From Ramazzottius varieornatus (lineage: Eukaryota; Animalia; Tardigrada): 64,000 nt of DNA. This document shows, one piece after another, positions 36,951 to 51,100 of the stretch. Under the pieces are notes generated by a model, which ran no database searches, was not told where the DNA came from, and worked only from the letters and a program-made list of their open reading frames with translations. The translations under genes were made by a program, and so were the position numbers. The stretch is from contig BDGG01000002.1 of NCBI GenBank assembly GCA_001949185.1, forward strand, positions 4,764,448-4,828,447, written 5' to 3'. Position 1 is the first letter of the stretch; every line of letters starts with the position of its first letter.

Positions 36951-37847
36951 TCACTGCTGATAGCTGGAAACAACACTGTTCTTCAACCGAAACCGTACGT
37001 TCCATACCTCGTTACAAGTGGAAAGACTGTGATATAGTTACCCAGGTTCGCTCTGATTGAGTGGGTCTTTGGAAAGCAGGACATGGATCATCGGAACTTT
37101 CCTCGCCACTTTGAGTCTGTGATGCAAACGCTGTTTAGAGCAATTGCACCTTATGTTATGGTTGAGCACAGATGAGCAAGGACCAAGCAGTCAGAAAGCG
37201 ACCTACGGCTTGAGTCCTTCCAGTTTAGGATTCCATATCTCGTCAATTCTAGATGGAAGAATATGAGTATACAGAGTAGGATGGGCGTAACACTATGCAG
37301 TAATTAACCTTCACGATCACTTAGACCGGAAGTGCACTTACTCGTGAAACGACACTTTGTTGATCTGGTGGAGATGCTGCAAACAGTTCGAGAGACAAAT
37401 TTCTCAGCAATTCTCAATTGCGTAAGTTTCAACAGGAGAAGAATACTTCGAGATTGTCCAAGAGGTCTTCCACGGAACAAACTACCGAAGTGAAATACCT
37501 TTATCCTTCTCTTCAGAATTTCCACACACGATATGGTCTTGCCGATAGCTGGTCCTTCGCCGAAGAATACAACATGTCGATGGTTCCGGGACGGATCCTA
37601 CGAGTAGAGCATATAGTAGGTAGCACTCATAAATCCACGATAAGATATGAATATGAGCAAGAGTTCGACAATCAGCTGATCTTACGTTCATCCCTTGCAG
37701 CGCTACGTCCAGTAGAGTTTGAATTTTGCTCCCTCCGCGTACAGTGATGAGTAGAACATTGCTCGTCAAATCTGCTCCACATTTCGAGAAGGGCAGGTTA
37801 TGGTCAATGTCCTTGTCGACCGTCTCTCCTTTCTGGTAATTCTCCAT
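36951..37847 (-). CDS. RPP25L: Ribonuclease P/MRP subunit p25-like (Alba fold), 6 exons
   Basis: Spliced product MENYQKGETV...ITVRGGSKIQTLL...HVVFFGEGPAIGKTISCVEILKRRIKHLHQINK...IDEIWNPKLEGLKPLKVARKVPMIHVLLSKDPLNQSEPGYQQ*. Five GT-AG introns in consistent phase. Confidence 0.9.
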
Positions 37848-39681
37848 CCTGGGATAATCAGCCGGTAGATCGAATCCCCAAAGAGAGACCGAGAAAGGGG
37901 ATAGCACTACGACTGCGAGTTCCCGCGGAATTGACGCAGACAGTACAATTTCGATCCTTCGGCTTCCTTCCCGATTCTCGACAAACGCGAAGTCGCAAAC
38001 TCCGAAAAACGTAAAACAGAACAAACTAAAATTCGAAAATTTCGGGAAAACACGAGCACGTGGAAACCCTGAGGGCGGTGAGGGTGACTGGATGAGGTGG
38101 GATGGCGCCAAGCGGTTCCTTTTCTTTTGTTCGAAAGTTTTCGCCAGTGCCGGCGTGGTATCTAAGTTATGTTTTCTCTGGACATCATCCGAATTCGATG
38201 ATCTCATAGCGTCTGAATTAAAAAAAAACCAAGATGTGTTCCTGAGTGGTTGTCTTACACGCACGCTGTCTGACACATTTTGCCCTTGTGCTTTAAACCA
38301 GGGGAAAAGATGGAGGACCATGGCCACCTGACGATGTTCGAGGATCAGGGCGACACCATCACCAGCGACTTCAATGTGGCAGAATTGCGGCAGCGTTCAG
38401 TAGTATCGTCCACGCGGAGGCTGCTGTCGAATCTGACTGTTCTCAACGAGGATATTCTCTTCTTTCGCCACGGGAAGATTCAACGAAAAGAAGGTAGGGG
38501 TTACGACAACGGAAGCTGCTTCGACGTTTTAGTCCTACAGTCCCACCTGTGAGATGTGACAGTTCAAACCCTCGATTTCTATTTTCAATGACTCATATGT
38601 TTACCATTCGGCCAACCAGCACGACCGAGATATGGTTAAAGATCAGAACCATACGACGGAGTTTTGGATGACAAATTCGATGGTTCAGTCAAGCTCAGGC
38701 TTACCTTTTCCGGATACAGCTTCAGGATTTCCTTCTCCTTTAGCGTTAAACGCTTACGTACTCGTCCAGCCGTACTGACCTTCGTCTGCGCAGCCATGAT
38801 GGAACTCGGGAACAATATTTGGAAGCTTTCGGGAGCGAAGGGAGAGATTGTTTGCGACTGACAAAAGAAATAATCAGTAGAACGTGCAACATGTGTCTGC
38901 TACACGAGTAGACCTAATCAAGGGAATACGGAATCAACTGAAATTTTCTGCATGTCCCTTTCTGCCATATTTCTGGTTAGCGATACTGTGATTGATAGCG
39001 ATAGCGATATCTGAGTTTTGCCGTACCGTACGATCACGTTTTCCCGGTGGGCTACCCATTTTGCCGACAATACCATAACAAAAGTCAGTACATCAGCGTG
39101 CAGCGCAGTTGCAACAGGTCCATGTGCATCTGCAGCGCAGCTGCCTAGCCACTGCGCATGAAAGTTGTGCAGCACAGCGCGGCGTACAGCGACCTGGTAG
39201 CATGCGCAGCACAGTTGCTGCGTAATTTTGAACCTGCGGCCCAGTGCTCTAATGCCTGTAGTGTATTTGCGTTCCGAACAGCCCGAATGGGGACCTGTCC
39301 CGAACCGGGAAGACGGTCGCTTCACCAAAGAAGAGCAGCGTATGGAAAGCGACGTGTATTGTCAAGATCAGAAACTGGACATCATTGACTGTGCGTTCCC
39401 GGCGGGAATATTCGCGCCAGGAACACTCAGTATTAATACTGAACATGATGCCGAAAGTCCCAAAAGCGCTATACAAGGTTGCTCACTCATTCTACGTCTG
39501 GCGTCGCGCGAGATGATCAGATTGGGTATCGTGACTGTTGCAGAATTTCCGGACAGTATACCATGAAGTTCAAATTCGCGGGCGTCAGTTCTACAGCGTA
39601 TACAAAACTCTCAGCTAGCGCGACACGGAAGTCATCTTTTGATATAGAGAATAGAGTGAAATGGAGCTCGCAGATGAATGG

Positions 39682-40071
39682 TTATAGAACAGGGAAAGAT
39701 TCAGACTGTGTATGGGAGGAGAACGAAGCGTCGACCTCGACTTGGAGAGTATTTCGAGGCCGCGGCAGAGGGATAATGACATCCATGCTATCTTCTTGAA
39801 CAAATGGCACGTGTTTGCAGAGAAGGCATTCCGGAACGATCAGAGGTTCAGGGTGATGTTGCACGAGCACTTCCACTGCGCGAACTGCAGGTGCCACCCT
39901 GTACACGGGATAAGGGTCGGGTTCCTTGTAGCTCCCGCCAGAATACGAAGACGAATATGGGCGGCGTTCATAAGTGGACGATACGTAAGGTCCGAAACCA
40001 TGTGGAGCAGCTAGTCCTGTGTGGATCAAGATTGATGATACACAGAGTAACAAACTCCTTCGTTCGTCCAT
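39682..40071 (-). CDS. Small putative secreted Tyr/Pro/Ser/Val-rich protein (129 aa)
   Basis: Signal-peptide-like start MDERRSLLLCVSSILIHTGLA-AP; low-complexity Y/S/G then V/P-rich segments; CxxC motif; single exon. Confidence 0.5.
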   Translation of the reverse strand: MDERRSLLLCVSSILIHTGLAAPHGFGPYVSSTYERRPYSSSYSGGSYKEPDPYPVYRVAPAVRAVEVLVQHHPEPLIVPECLLCKHVPFVQEDSMDVIIPLPRPRNTLQVEVDASFSSHTQSESFPVL

Positions 40072-40529
40072 CGTTGTCCGGAAAGCTAGAGACTGTGTCT
40101 TCACCGTAAAAGACTAGCCAAATATCTATGACGGTACTCGCGAGCAGCGCATGAGCGTATATGAGATCAAAGTCGTATGGAGACCTAACGTGCGGAATTA
40201 AGAAGCGTAAAGATTATCCGTATAAACAAGCGTTAGTTTTCTTAAGTGCTGAAAGTGGCACTGATGGTCTGTTGACGACCAGTTTTCGAACTTAGGAAGG
40301 GTTTCGGCTCGTTCTCATGTAACTTTCTGAGTCAACAAGATCTAACACTGTTACTGTCACGCGAAAAAGCAGACTCTTCGCTTATAGTACCCAAATGTCA
40401 CTTGCATAATTCAACAGCAAATCTCTCATTTCATGAAGATTTAACAGAGGCTGGACTTAAATCATGCAGTTCAAAGTACTTTTGGTAAAAGGTAAAAACG
40501 ATGTACGTTGATATAAAGTGCGCGAAAGG

Positions 40530-43500
40530 TTAGTCACCCACGTAGGAGAGATCCAGTATGTTCCGCAGTGGCGCTAACATCGGGCCGGAAGTGACTTTCG
40601 CGGTTTCCATCACAGACCGTTTCGTGCGAGCGGCGAACCTGTGCATCATCGCATCAGGGTCCTTGCCCAGGTTCAGCCTGCTAACTGTATCACGTTTCCT
40701 GAATGCCGACAGCAGAGTGATTTCCTTCCGGTCCGAACAATTTTTGTTGCTCATCAGAGTATTCATGGTATCCCGAACCCGACGCTTCAGTGTACCATCC
40801 ATAGGGTTCCGGTAGAAAGCGTCCAGTGTTCGGATAGAATCATCTGCGTTCGGCAGGTACCTCCGAAGCATAGCTCGAATGGTGTTGTGCAGCCGGACAC
40901 TGTTGGTTGGGTTCCGCGTGTAGTAATCGATCGCTTTCTGTGCACTGTTTCCCTCACTAACAAACGCGGCTGAGAGTGGTACACTGTTGTCCAGAGACAA
41001 CGTCAGAACACTTTGCGTTTTGTCAGCAGCCTTCACTGCCTCATGAGAGACTTTCTGTAAAGGTTCCGTTTCAGACCTGACACGGTCTCCGGCGAGCTCC
41101 TTCGCGACATCCACCTGCGCACAATCCACGAGCTCGGAACTCTCTTCGACCACCTCGGTTAACACTGTGCTGTTTCTTGCATCCCCAATGATTTGCGCCT
41201 GTAAGATGGATAATTTGTGGGCACAGCTACCAATATCCTTAGATGGTGAAACTTACACGTGCCGCAGAAAAGATGCGGAACCGTTTCTCACTGGAGTTAC
41301 TCCTCACAGTCTTCCTGGTCTGTATGTGAGCAAAGATTTTCGGTTTCGCCAGTTCAGCTATCCGCTGCCTGTTGAACTTCCGGGGAGGTAGCGGATCACT
41401 TGCAGTTTCCCACGTCAGGACAATAGGCTTTGATTTCACTTGCCTGGTGGAGCTCATCGCTCGGATTCTTTCCAGGTATCTCCGCTGGGCATCGTCCGCT
41501 CTCGCTTGCAGTGTCATGGCAGCCTTTGCCTTCAGCGTATTTCGGTCCTCCACCGAGTCTTCGTCACTGTCGCTCTCCGAATTAGCCGTTGAGCTGTTAT
41601 CCCCCTGGGCAGACATTCCGGAGATCCGCGAGAATGGTCGGTCGACCACACGTTTTGCCCGCATGACAGCCTTTGAGGGACGCTTGGTCTCGATGCAGCT
41701 GCGGATGATGGCTAAGCTGCGTGCCTGGAAACTCGAATGGGCTTTCTCGCGACGTAGTTCGCGGACAGCGTCTTGGACGGCGGGTGCATTAGCGTAGTGG
41801 CCCATGATGTCGTCTTGCACAGGCAGTACTTGGTAGGTGAGGGATTTCGTTCCTTCTGGGCTCAGTTTGACGGTACCAGGTGGCAGAGCAGTCAGAACTC
41901 CTCGGGATCTCGCGATCGCTTGCCGATGCTGTCGAATAGGCCTCATGGTTTCTAAAAGACCAGAACGCTCTCTGAAGGCTTTGGTGTTCTTCGCGTAGTC
42001 GACTTGGTGCACTAGGCGGAACTTCCCGGTCTTTGCTTCGTGGTTCCTCTGTCGGTCAATTAGAACTGCAAAAAGCAAACTGCAAAGCACTGTATGGGAC
42101 AGATCGTCCCTGTTTTACCTTTCAGACAGTCCATAATGAGCTCCGGACAGAGGTTCGCCGTTACGTTGGTCGAAGATGACAGATCGGGTCCAGAGTTAAT
42201 TTCTATCAACCATGGCTTCAGGTTCTCCGATAGTACGAAGTCGGCTCCAAATAGCTCGTACCCATCAACCTATCGGAAAGTCGAAATCATCGGAAAAGAT
42301 GGGGGGGTACTGGAAGTCTAATAAATATGCCTACCGCTTTCATGTCCATTTCGACCGAAGATGCGATCAGGACAGCGGTCAGCTGCCTCGTAATTTCGGG
42401 GAAGATTTTGCCGCTCCATAGTTGAGGACCATTGAAACCTTTGGACGATAGGTACTTGATGAACTGGTCCCTGCGCCACATGCACTCATCGGGTATTCCC
42501 GAACCCGATGGTACCGTGTGAAAATACTTCCCCTGGATTGCGTTATTAGTTAGGTGGACCTTCTCGGTAAAGTCGCTCAAAGTGTAATGAGATGAGCTGA
42601 AGCGTAGATAGCAGTCCCCGTATATCCACAATGAAAGAGGGTGCCACACTACCAGGAACCACTGACGAACATCGAACTTTGTCTTATGACAAAGAAACGG
42701 ACGCTCTGCATTAGAAAAATATGTGGAAAAAATATCAAATAGCTTGAAGTAAAATAAAGCTCACCGATGTATTTCTGCACAACAAAATTGCGCATGTCCG
42801 GGAAGCCTAGGTTGTTGAAGCATATTTCCGTGATGTCTTCGACGGTATCACAGACCGTGATCTCGATGCCGCGGCTTTTGTTTCCTGGCTTGACGATCCA
42901 AACGTTGTTGACTCCATCATGGGCGGCTGCCGGATGTAACTTCAAGAAATTCCTCAGTAGCGTCCGGAAGTAGTCGAGTTTAGCTTGGTTAACGGCTACT
43001 TCCAGCTTGGAGTTGCCTTTTAGGTGTTGTCTGCAAATGGACAAATGATATAATGAACCTATCGTCAGCGACACGCTAAACTCACTGGCGTACAAGATAG
43101 CTCCAGTGTAGGAAACAGTTCCAGGTGTTGTGCGCCGGTGACACTGCGAACTTCTAAAAGAGTAACCATATAACTTTATGCTCACAAGAAAATTTATAAT
43201 GAAAGATTTGCAGGTCGAACAGACTCGTACCAGTTTCTTTAGTCTTGACTGGTAGATAATTTCGTCAGCGATCGCCAGAAACTCTTTGATATGCTTGGCA
43301 GCGATTCGCGTGACTTCTTCAGGAAAGGCAGTAATTTCAGCCGGCTTTTTCAGGTCAATGGATGGAAGTTCGCCCACCTCCTTCGCCAGCCACTCTGACA
43401 GACTGGCCGGTGTTTCGGGATCACAGTAGTACGTTTCCTCGTTGATGTCGAATTCAACGTACCTGAAACAGACACAACGCTCTAATGAATACAACGTGCG

Positions 43501-44870
43501 TGATACAGCCTGCATGTTGTCACTGGTAGTACTGTAAAATCGTACCTGTCCAGCTGCAGACGAGCCGAAAGTGGGAAGCGCTTTGGAAGGCCTTGCTTCC
43601 GAAGTGGCGTCCAGTCCTGCCAGGAATATTCGCAGTCACCAAGTACCTTTGGGTCATCCGTAAAACCCGTGACGTACTTCAAGATGTTCACACAAGCAGT
43701 AAGAATGAAATCCCCTATGAGAAGACCATCCAGCAAGGGAGAAAGCAACGAACTTAGAGTAATACTGCAGAGTGGAAATGTTACTCACGGTAAAACAAGT
43801 TGGCGTCCTTTTCCCGGTGCATCCTATAAGATCTTGGTGCGATTGCATCCGGATCCGCACTGCTAATTACCGCCACGTTCCTCACCGTTTGCACAAGCGT
43901 GGACTTTGTGTTGAAACTACCGAAGAAACAAGGGTCAGCAAAAGAAAAGGACCGACGAAGACACATGAAGACCTTACTTTAGATAGGCCGGCGAGTTCAA
44001 CAGCTGTTGCGCGTCTCCGCTTCGTCTTTTTCTTCTTGCGGCGGTCCAGACGAAGTTGAGAGGGAGGTTTCTAATAAGACGTGACTGCAGCAAACCAGAA
44101 CAGGGAAAGTTAGTATTTGGGAGCTCAGCAAACGAAACGCAGAAGATGGGTGTCCCAAGTGGCGAACATATTTGTTGTTATCGGCTGAGCGTGTGCGCCA
44201 CCTAAGTTAATGATCCTGTACGTTTCGAATGCCGGCGTCTCATTCATCAAGTAAGCACGAGGATGAAGCGGTGAAAGTTCTTTGTTTTCGACGTACGTAC
44301 GATGGTCCCTCGAAGTCCGCCGTCTTCCGCCGCCAGCTTGTCCCTGTTTTTATTAGACTCCAGGTTCTCTATCCAGCCATCCGCCAGGAGCTTCTGCCGA
44401 ACAGCGGTGTGATTCGTCTCCATGAGGAAGATTTTCTTGAACTGTGTAACAGAAATCCCACCAGAACATGGACACAAGCGCAACATTATCTCGAATACGA
44501 AAACAAGAAGCAGAAAGTGTCGACTTACCTTTACAGCTTCCTCGACCATCTGGCGAGCCAACAGCAGTCTTTCTCCCGCTTCCCTATCCTTCTGCGACAT
44601 AGTCCTTGCTTTCCGTGGCTGAATAGCCGGTCCATTGAAATACACTTGCCCAACTTCGGCGATCTTCGCTTCGCATATTGAGGTTAAAGAGGACGGTTCT
44701 ACAGCATTAGATCCTCCGGAGGCATCCGACGTGACTGTGGCAAGTTCTACCGGGTGGGTCCGTGGCGTTTCGATGCTAGATGTCGAGCGAGTAGCACTGA
44801 CACTGCCTGCTGAAAATCCATCGCTATTTGCATTGCTGGTGGGCTCATAGTTATCCGTCTCACCCAACAT
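40530..44870 (-). CDS. TTLL3: Tubulin glycylase, TTLL3/TTLL8 family, multi-exon
   Basis: VEEAVK..KKIF...GWIE; WIVKPGNKSRG; VVQKYIERP; KFDVRQWFLV; WIYGDCYLRFSS; HLTNNAIQ; YELFGADFV...PWLIEINSGP; LIDR...TGKFRLV. Long basic C-terminal extension. Confidence 0.9.
44136..44224. repeat. ~90-bp palindromic element, copy 5 (TTLL3 intron)
   Basis: agatgggtgtcccaagtggcgaacat-loop-gtgtgcgccacctaagttaatgatcct. Confidence 0.7.
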
Positions 44871-47800
44871 TCCTCATAAGCAATCAGCAACGCGGACCTC
44901 CTACGCGTGCATCGAAATACTGCATTTCAGGCAGGCAGGGAAGTCTGAAAGAGGAAATATCACCAGCATGCTAGAGAAGAGTCATCAAGGTGCGGCTGGT
45001 CAGTTACTGCTAACTTCCGGTTAACTCTTCCGCTGGTGTTGCTAAGCCTGCGATTCAGCGATCTTATACCGGAAAGATCGCTGAACGAGACACTAAGGTC
45101 TTCAATGCGCATTCTTGGTCGTAAGTAACTTTATGCTCTCTACTGCAATATGGCGTGCACGAACATAAGGAGCAGCATGGTGCTTCCCAGCTGTCACCAG
45201 TACAGCATAAAAGAGCATCACGCCCAAAAGTCCATGAATCACTAATGTGGTGTGTAGAACTTCCTCCTTCAGGTTCGCCGAATGACAGCTAGCGGTTTGA
45301 ATTCAGACTTTGCTATCTCGTTTCTTCTTTGCTACTTGACGTTACTCAATCGACCATTACGTGAACACGAGTCCCCTCATGGCGCAGTTAAAAGGCAGAA
45401 ACATGCAGTCTGCCGTCCTTGCAACGACAAATAAATCACAATAAATCAGCCATTAGAAGACGCTCAAGCATGAAATCTCTCATCATTACAGTCTCGCGAT
45501 AAACACCACCACGCACATCTCGTGAGACGCCCTAAGAGCCATACAGGGCCGAATGTCCTTCAAATTTTCCGGCTGTCTCGACCATTTTTCTTCATTAGGA
45601 AAAGTATTTGTAAACATGGAAGAAAGCCCCACTTAATTTTAGACTAGACACAGCAAGGGGAGCACGCGCACTCCAAGGGTCATCGGTGATTATGTCTAGC
45701 TTCGACGATCCATGGGCATGTAACAGCGACTGGAACTTTACATAGAATGGAGAGAAACGACCAAGAGTTCAACTTGTCCCGACTGAGTTTACATTAGGAA
45801 GCCAAGGAATAAGCTATGCGGAATATTTCACGCTTCATCAAAATGTCATCATCATGATGCATACAGCACCACGCTGTCTGTGATTCTTTTTTCTTCCTGG
45901 CAGGAAGCATCTGCAGTATGATGTGTTGACCCTATGACGCTGGAACATGCCGTGCATATCACGTCGAGCCACTTCCGTCATTCGCCGGGAATTGATCAAC
46001 GGCCACTTAGCCAGCCACTTGACAGTGCTCTGTACAGTAAATGGCGCTTCTCTTGAGTCTTGACAAAGCTCCCGCCTTACTTGTATCCAAATGTTCGGCA
46101 TGCATGGTCCTTGTGCCATGGCTCGTGTCACTTCTTGGCGGCCTCTCCATCCATCTTGATCAATACAGTTTTACGGCGATGTACATGATTGTGTATGCTT
46201 CCTTCCCTTTATACAGCCCAACATCACGGACATATCCTTCATCCTTCCGACCGGTAATATATCCGATTTTGACGCCTCATATGTAGTACATATAACGAGA
46301 AAGGAGGACTCAATCCTCGCCTTCATCCTCAGTTCCGATCACTCTCTATTGATTGTAACCTAATCTTCAAATTCCGTACGTACCGTAAGGAAGTACTTCA
46401 ATATCTTTCCTCTTGTTAGCATAAGGCACTCCATTTCGCTACACATAGTCCAGAACAGATGAGCTAGCTCGCGTCTTGTGAATGGCGGACCAATACCTCA
46501 ACCACTGATGGCAGAAACAGAGCCTCCACTATGTTATAGTCTGCGTATGCTAACAAGTTTGAATGGTCGTGATTGCCACCCTCATACTCACAGGGAGATA
46601 TGAAACTCAGACACGCGTTTTGCCTTGTTACCTCTCAAGCCTGATTGTGGTACTCTTGAATGTCACACCCTTACGGTGCCATCCAAAATTTGCATCACAA
46701 AAATTGTTCAATTCGGCAACCAGTTTTGCCGCTCGTTAGGACTACGTCAAACAAGATTACCCCAATGGAATATATACAAGTTATACACCCTTCTACTGTA
46801 TACCGATGACTTTGCTGACGGAATAAACTGTAACTGAATTTCATCACAAGGTAAGCTGTTAGTTTTCTCGATTGCATCACGCATGGTAATAACATTATAC
46901 CGGCGAAGTTTGAAACTTCACTTCCGTGGTCATGTTTTATTGCTTTTCCTTATTGGGTTATCGAGTGACTTGACGTATGACCCGTTGTGAGGAACCTCAA
47001 ATAGAAGGCACGCCGAACGTCTGAAAGCTGTTCGACCGAGAACTACCACTGGTTCGCCAAGCGCAAGTGACATTTTCCCTGGTTTCCAAACTTCCAAGAG
47101 AACAAGAAAGGGGCCATAGGGTATTAGTACATGTCCCTTTGGAACTATCAAATGAGGATCGAAGGACCTTGTAAGCCAATGATCAATTCTTGTGCTAAAC
47201 ACACAAAATCGAGCTGGCTCACATCTGTTAGAAAAGGCGATAATTCTGGTCTGGCGCAAGAAAATCCATCGGGAAAAAAATCGTTGAGTAAGTTTGCATA
47301 ATACTTGTTCGCGGTTCACATCTCACACAGAAGTGATCCTGTTTAGTGCTGAGCTAATAAAGAAGCGCAGGAATGACAAGTGACAAAAACTATTGGATAA
47401 CACTGATAGGCTCCAACGACCCACCCCGTGATGTAGCTGCACGTACCCCGTAGTAAAACCCTGCTTTGTATTGCATGGTTCCTCCTTGTGGCTTTCCTTT
47501 GGTAACGTTTCTCTTCTCGACATAACCAGCAAGGATCCAATCGACAGTATCCCCACGAGAGCTCGAAATTCAAACGGTCCTTTAATTTGTCAAGAAGTTT
47601 GCACCATATTTACTCTGTCAATTTAGGCTTATATCATTGATCGGTGATTTTGTCTTGCAGTTAAAGTTCGACCTTCCATTTGGATATCCATGTTTGACGA
47701 ACATCCATCCTGAACTGTTGTGTACGTCACTGCCAATGGTCCAAGCGGACTATCCTTCTGCTACTTACCGTCATTGAATCGATACTAATTTTTTCACCCG

Positions 47801-48188
47801 TCGAGAAACCTCGTCATTCTGGTGTATGATCGATGGTCGGAATGACGAAGCCGTTACGACTTCAGGTTCTTCCAGTTTCTTCCTACACCGGTGGGAATCT
47901 GTTGGTATCAAGGCCTAACGAAGTTTCCTCAAAGATGTCATGTGTTATTTTTGGCTGATAGCCCTCGGCGGGACAATCTGAACGATCCTTTCCCGAGCAC
48001 AGTGAGAATACTCGCCAAGGACTTCCCACCCAAATATCTTACCGCGAATGTGTAACCTGGAATACTTTGCCGATTTTTGTGTGAGATATGTTGCCTCACT
48101 GCATCTTTCCTGCACGTCTTCTTCCTGTGGAACAAGTTGCTTTGGCCTTTGAAGCTCATCGGGGAACCTGGAGGCATCAACGGTACCG

Positions 48189-51100
48189 ATGATGGAGTCC
48201 GATGTGGAGCGTCTTCCTGACAGCAACTCCAGCTTATCTTTCGCACATGGCACATTCCCAGCTAATAACAGCACAAGTGAATTAGACTTAACTGCCATAA
48301 TCCCACTTGGAATAATTCTTTCTCTGTTATCAATCGTCACGTTCCTGGGCAATGTCATGGTGCTCCATGCCATTCGAACCGAGAAAAAGCTGCAAACTGT
48401 AAGCCGTCCAAATAAGAAACCATTACAGCCTTAAAGTCTTCAGCTAATCATGGAATGGGTGCTTGTCAAATGCTTTGAACTTGCGCACGATATCTCACAA
48501 AGCCATCTGGAAGATCACCAAGCAAATTTGCAGGTTTCCATAAACCTACGTACAACGAACCAGACGCGATTAACAGTAAACGTGGATGTAGGTGGACGAA
48601 AGTTACACGCATTAGTAGACTAAACATTTTTTTAAGAGTGTTTGGTTGCATAAGTGGGCTGTGAATAACGGAAAAAAAGCGGGTATTGTATTCCAAGTGA
48701 TCACTTCTCTTATGAAGTTCAATTGCAGGTCAGCAACATCTTCATCATGTCTTTAGCTCTTGCGGACTGTAATGTGGGACTATTTGTCATGCCAATTAGC
48801 GCCGTCTACGCCCTGCTGGGATTTTGGCCTTTTGGACTAATCGTCTGCAATATCTGGCTTGTCCTGGATTATGTTGCCTCAACTGCCAGTATTTTTAACC
48901 TCTTTGCCTTGGTAAGTATTAAGTCATTCAAAAAACGGAGCAGTTAAATAATTCATGGGTTCGAGATTTATCCACTTTCCGTATGGATCCCCTCGTTAAC
49001 AGTTTGATGACTGACTCGAACAGTGCGTACTTGCGATGAACAAGCGGCCTTCTTGAGCTGGTTCTTGACAAAACCGCAGGAACCATGCGGAGAGACCGCA
49101 AGCCAGCTGGAGGCGCGAGAAGAATTTAAAAGCTCGATCACGCTGGCAAATTCACGACCAGAGTAAACATAATCTACCGAGAAGAAGATTTGTACGCATG
49201 AGTATTTGTTTTCCCAGCTAAAAGAAAAACATGAAAGCAGCACCAAGAGACAGCGTGGTCGTGATGTGGTCATGGGACTCTTAAGCGAACTCCGAGCGCA
49301 GAAAGATCCATGCATCACGAACCTCCCTTATTTGTCCAGCTTGTCCCCGGAACGCGTAATACGCGGTAAACTTTGATCGAAATGTCTGACCGCAGAGTGT
49401 TCAAAACTCTTTTCCCATAAACGGACAAAGCTAAAGGCACAGAAATCAGAACTCCTAGAACCACATACGCAAAAGTCATAACCGCAACCATCCGGCTGAT
49501 GACGTCACTGCGAAATCAATCCCGAAAATCCTGTTTTGCCTGCCTGTCTCAAACAAGTGACACTGCCGAAATTGCGGAATCCTCTCCTGGTTCACTGACT
49601 TCGATTCCATGAGACGCTAAGTTGTTATACCCCAGACTTGATCGAAATTTTGATATAATAGTACATTTTCCCGGTCCGTCAGGACAGGGAAAATGTATTT
49701 TAGATCTTCTTCCCACTTCACGGATAAGAAGTTCTCCCGACATTTTAAGCATTAGGCCGACATCTCACGAACATCCCGAAGGCAAAGCCTTTTGCGAAAC
49801 TCGCCCAGCCGGTGGTCATAATTCACGATGACAACCGTCTAGAGTGCGTTGCAAGTCCCGGCCAAGTACTGCAGTCGGACATAGCGAAAGATCTCCTGCG
49901 AGTGTCATCAGTTCCGCTTGAGCGTGCGTGTGATATTGTCGCCTTTTGCCACAAGGTTCTCCATTTCCCGTCATCCTAATGTCGTCCGACAAAATCGTAA
50001 AGTGGCCATCATCACTTCACTCTCCACCCGTTCACCCCCAATACTTGTTACTGGCTTTTCTTGGGCTCGTATTACACCCAACATCGATTTTGTCTTCCTT
50101 CTTTTTATCGACACTTTTCTTTCTGTCTACACGCACACGCAACCAGAGCTGGCACTCGATCAGAAGACGGTGCAGTATGTTTCGGGGTCCTTCTAACCTA
50201 TACTGAATGCGTATCGGTTGCAGTCACTCGACCGATTCTGGTCAATTATATCGCCGTTGAAGTACCTCAAGAAAAGGACACGCAAACGCGCCATTATCAT
50301 GTGCTCATCCGTATGGATTCTTTCCTGTCTATGGACCATTCCTGTCGTCGGCTGGCATCACTTTTACAAGGATGGACGACGCGACGTTCCCTCCGAGGTG
50401 TGCGACACCGAGTTCGCCGAGGAGCAAGTCTTCAAAGTCGTCACGGCCATCCTGAATTTTTATGTCCCTATGGCTGCCATGATCGGTATAGTGTACGGAC
50501 TTATCTGAGACTAGCCGGAGAAACCGTTTCCAAATTTATTTGTTGTCTCTATGATTTTCGTAGCTCTTTATGGACGGATTTTCCACGAAATCAGGGTGCG
50601 AGCGAAAAGTTTTGCCGGAACAAACGACACCGTCGTCCATCCCGACATCTCACATACCCGAAAACCTAAGAAGACCATAACAGACAACAACCACGAAGGA
50701 ATCGAGGAGAAGCTGAACTCAACGCCTGCCTACAATGGGTTCATGCTACCGGAGAACCCAACCGGAGTTCCTCAAATCGTAGTCGAGACACCAGACGACG
50801 GCATACCTGGGAAGCCTAAACGTCGAAGAATAGTCGAGTACGATGGAATCACCCTCATCCATCTTTCTGACAAGTACTCCAGCTCAGAAAACATAGCCAT
50901 GGAAAAGTTCGACGACGTCGACGTCAGCGTTGAGTTCGACGATGATGACGAAGTGCCGGACATGATGCTACGCTTGCCTAGCCATACTGTGGACGACGAC
51001 TGTGTCAGCCTTAGCGACTATGACCTGGAAGAGGACGAGCCAGAGCGGGTGAAGCCGGCGAAAGTCAAGAAGCTGGGAAAGGGTCCAAGGTTCTCGCGGC

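Noticed and set aside
37848-38327. Upstream part of the 281-aa minus ORF
   Set aside because: Only the part from MENY (37847) matches RPP25; the rest looks like promoter/UTR read-through.
38310-39620. Possible plus-strand gene divergent from RPP25L (MEDHGHLTMF...)
   Set aside because: Coding-like segments exist, but I found no convincing splice path or homology.
45000-48100. Short ORFs upstream of the H1-like receptor
   Set aside because: No motifs or consistent exon chain; likely regulatory or 5' UTR intron sequence.
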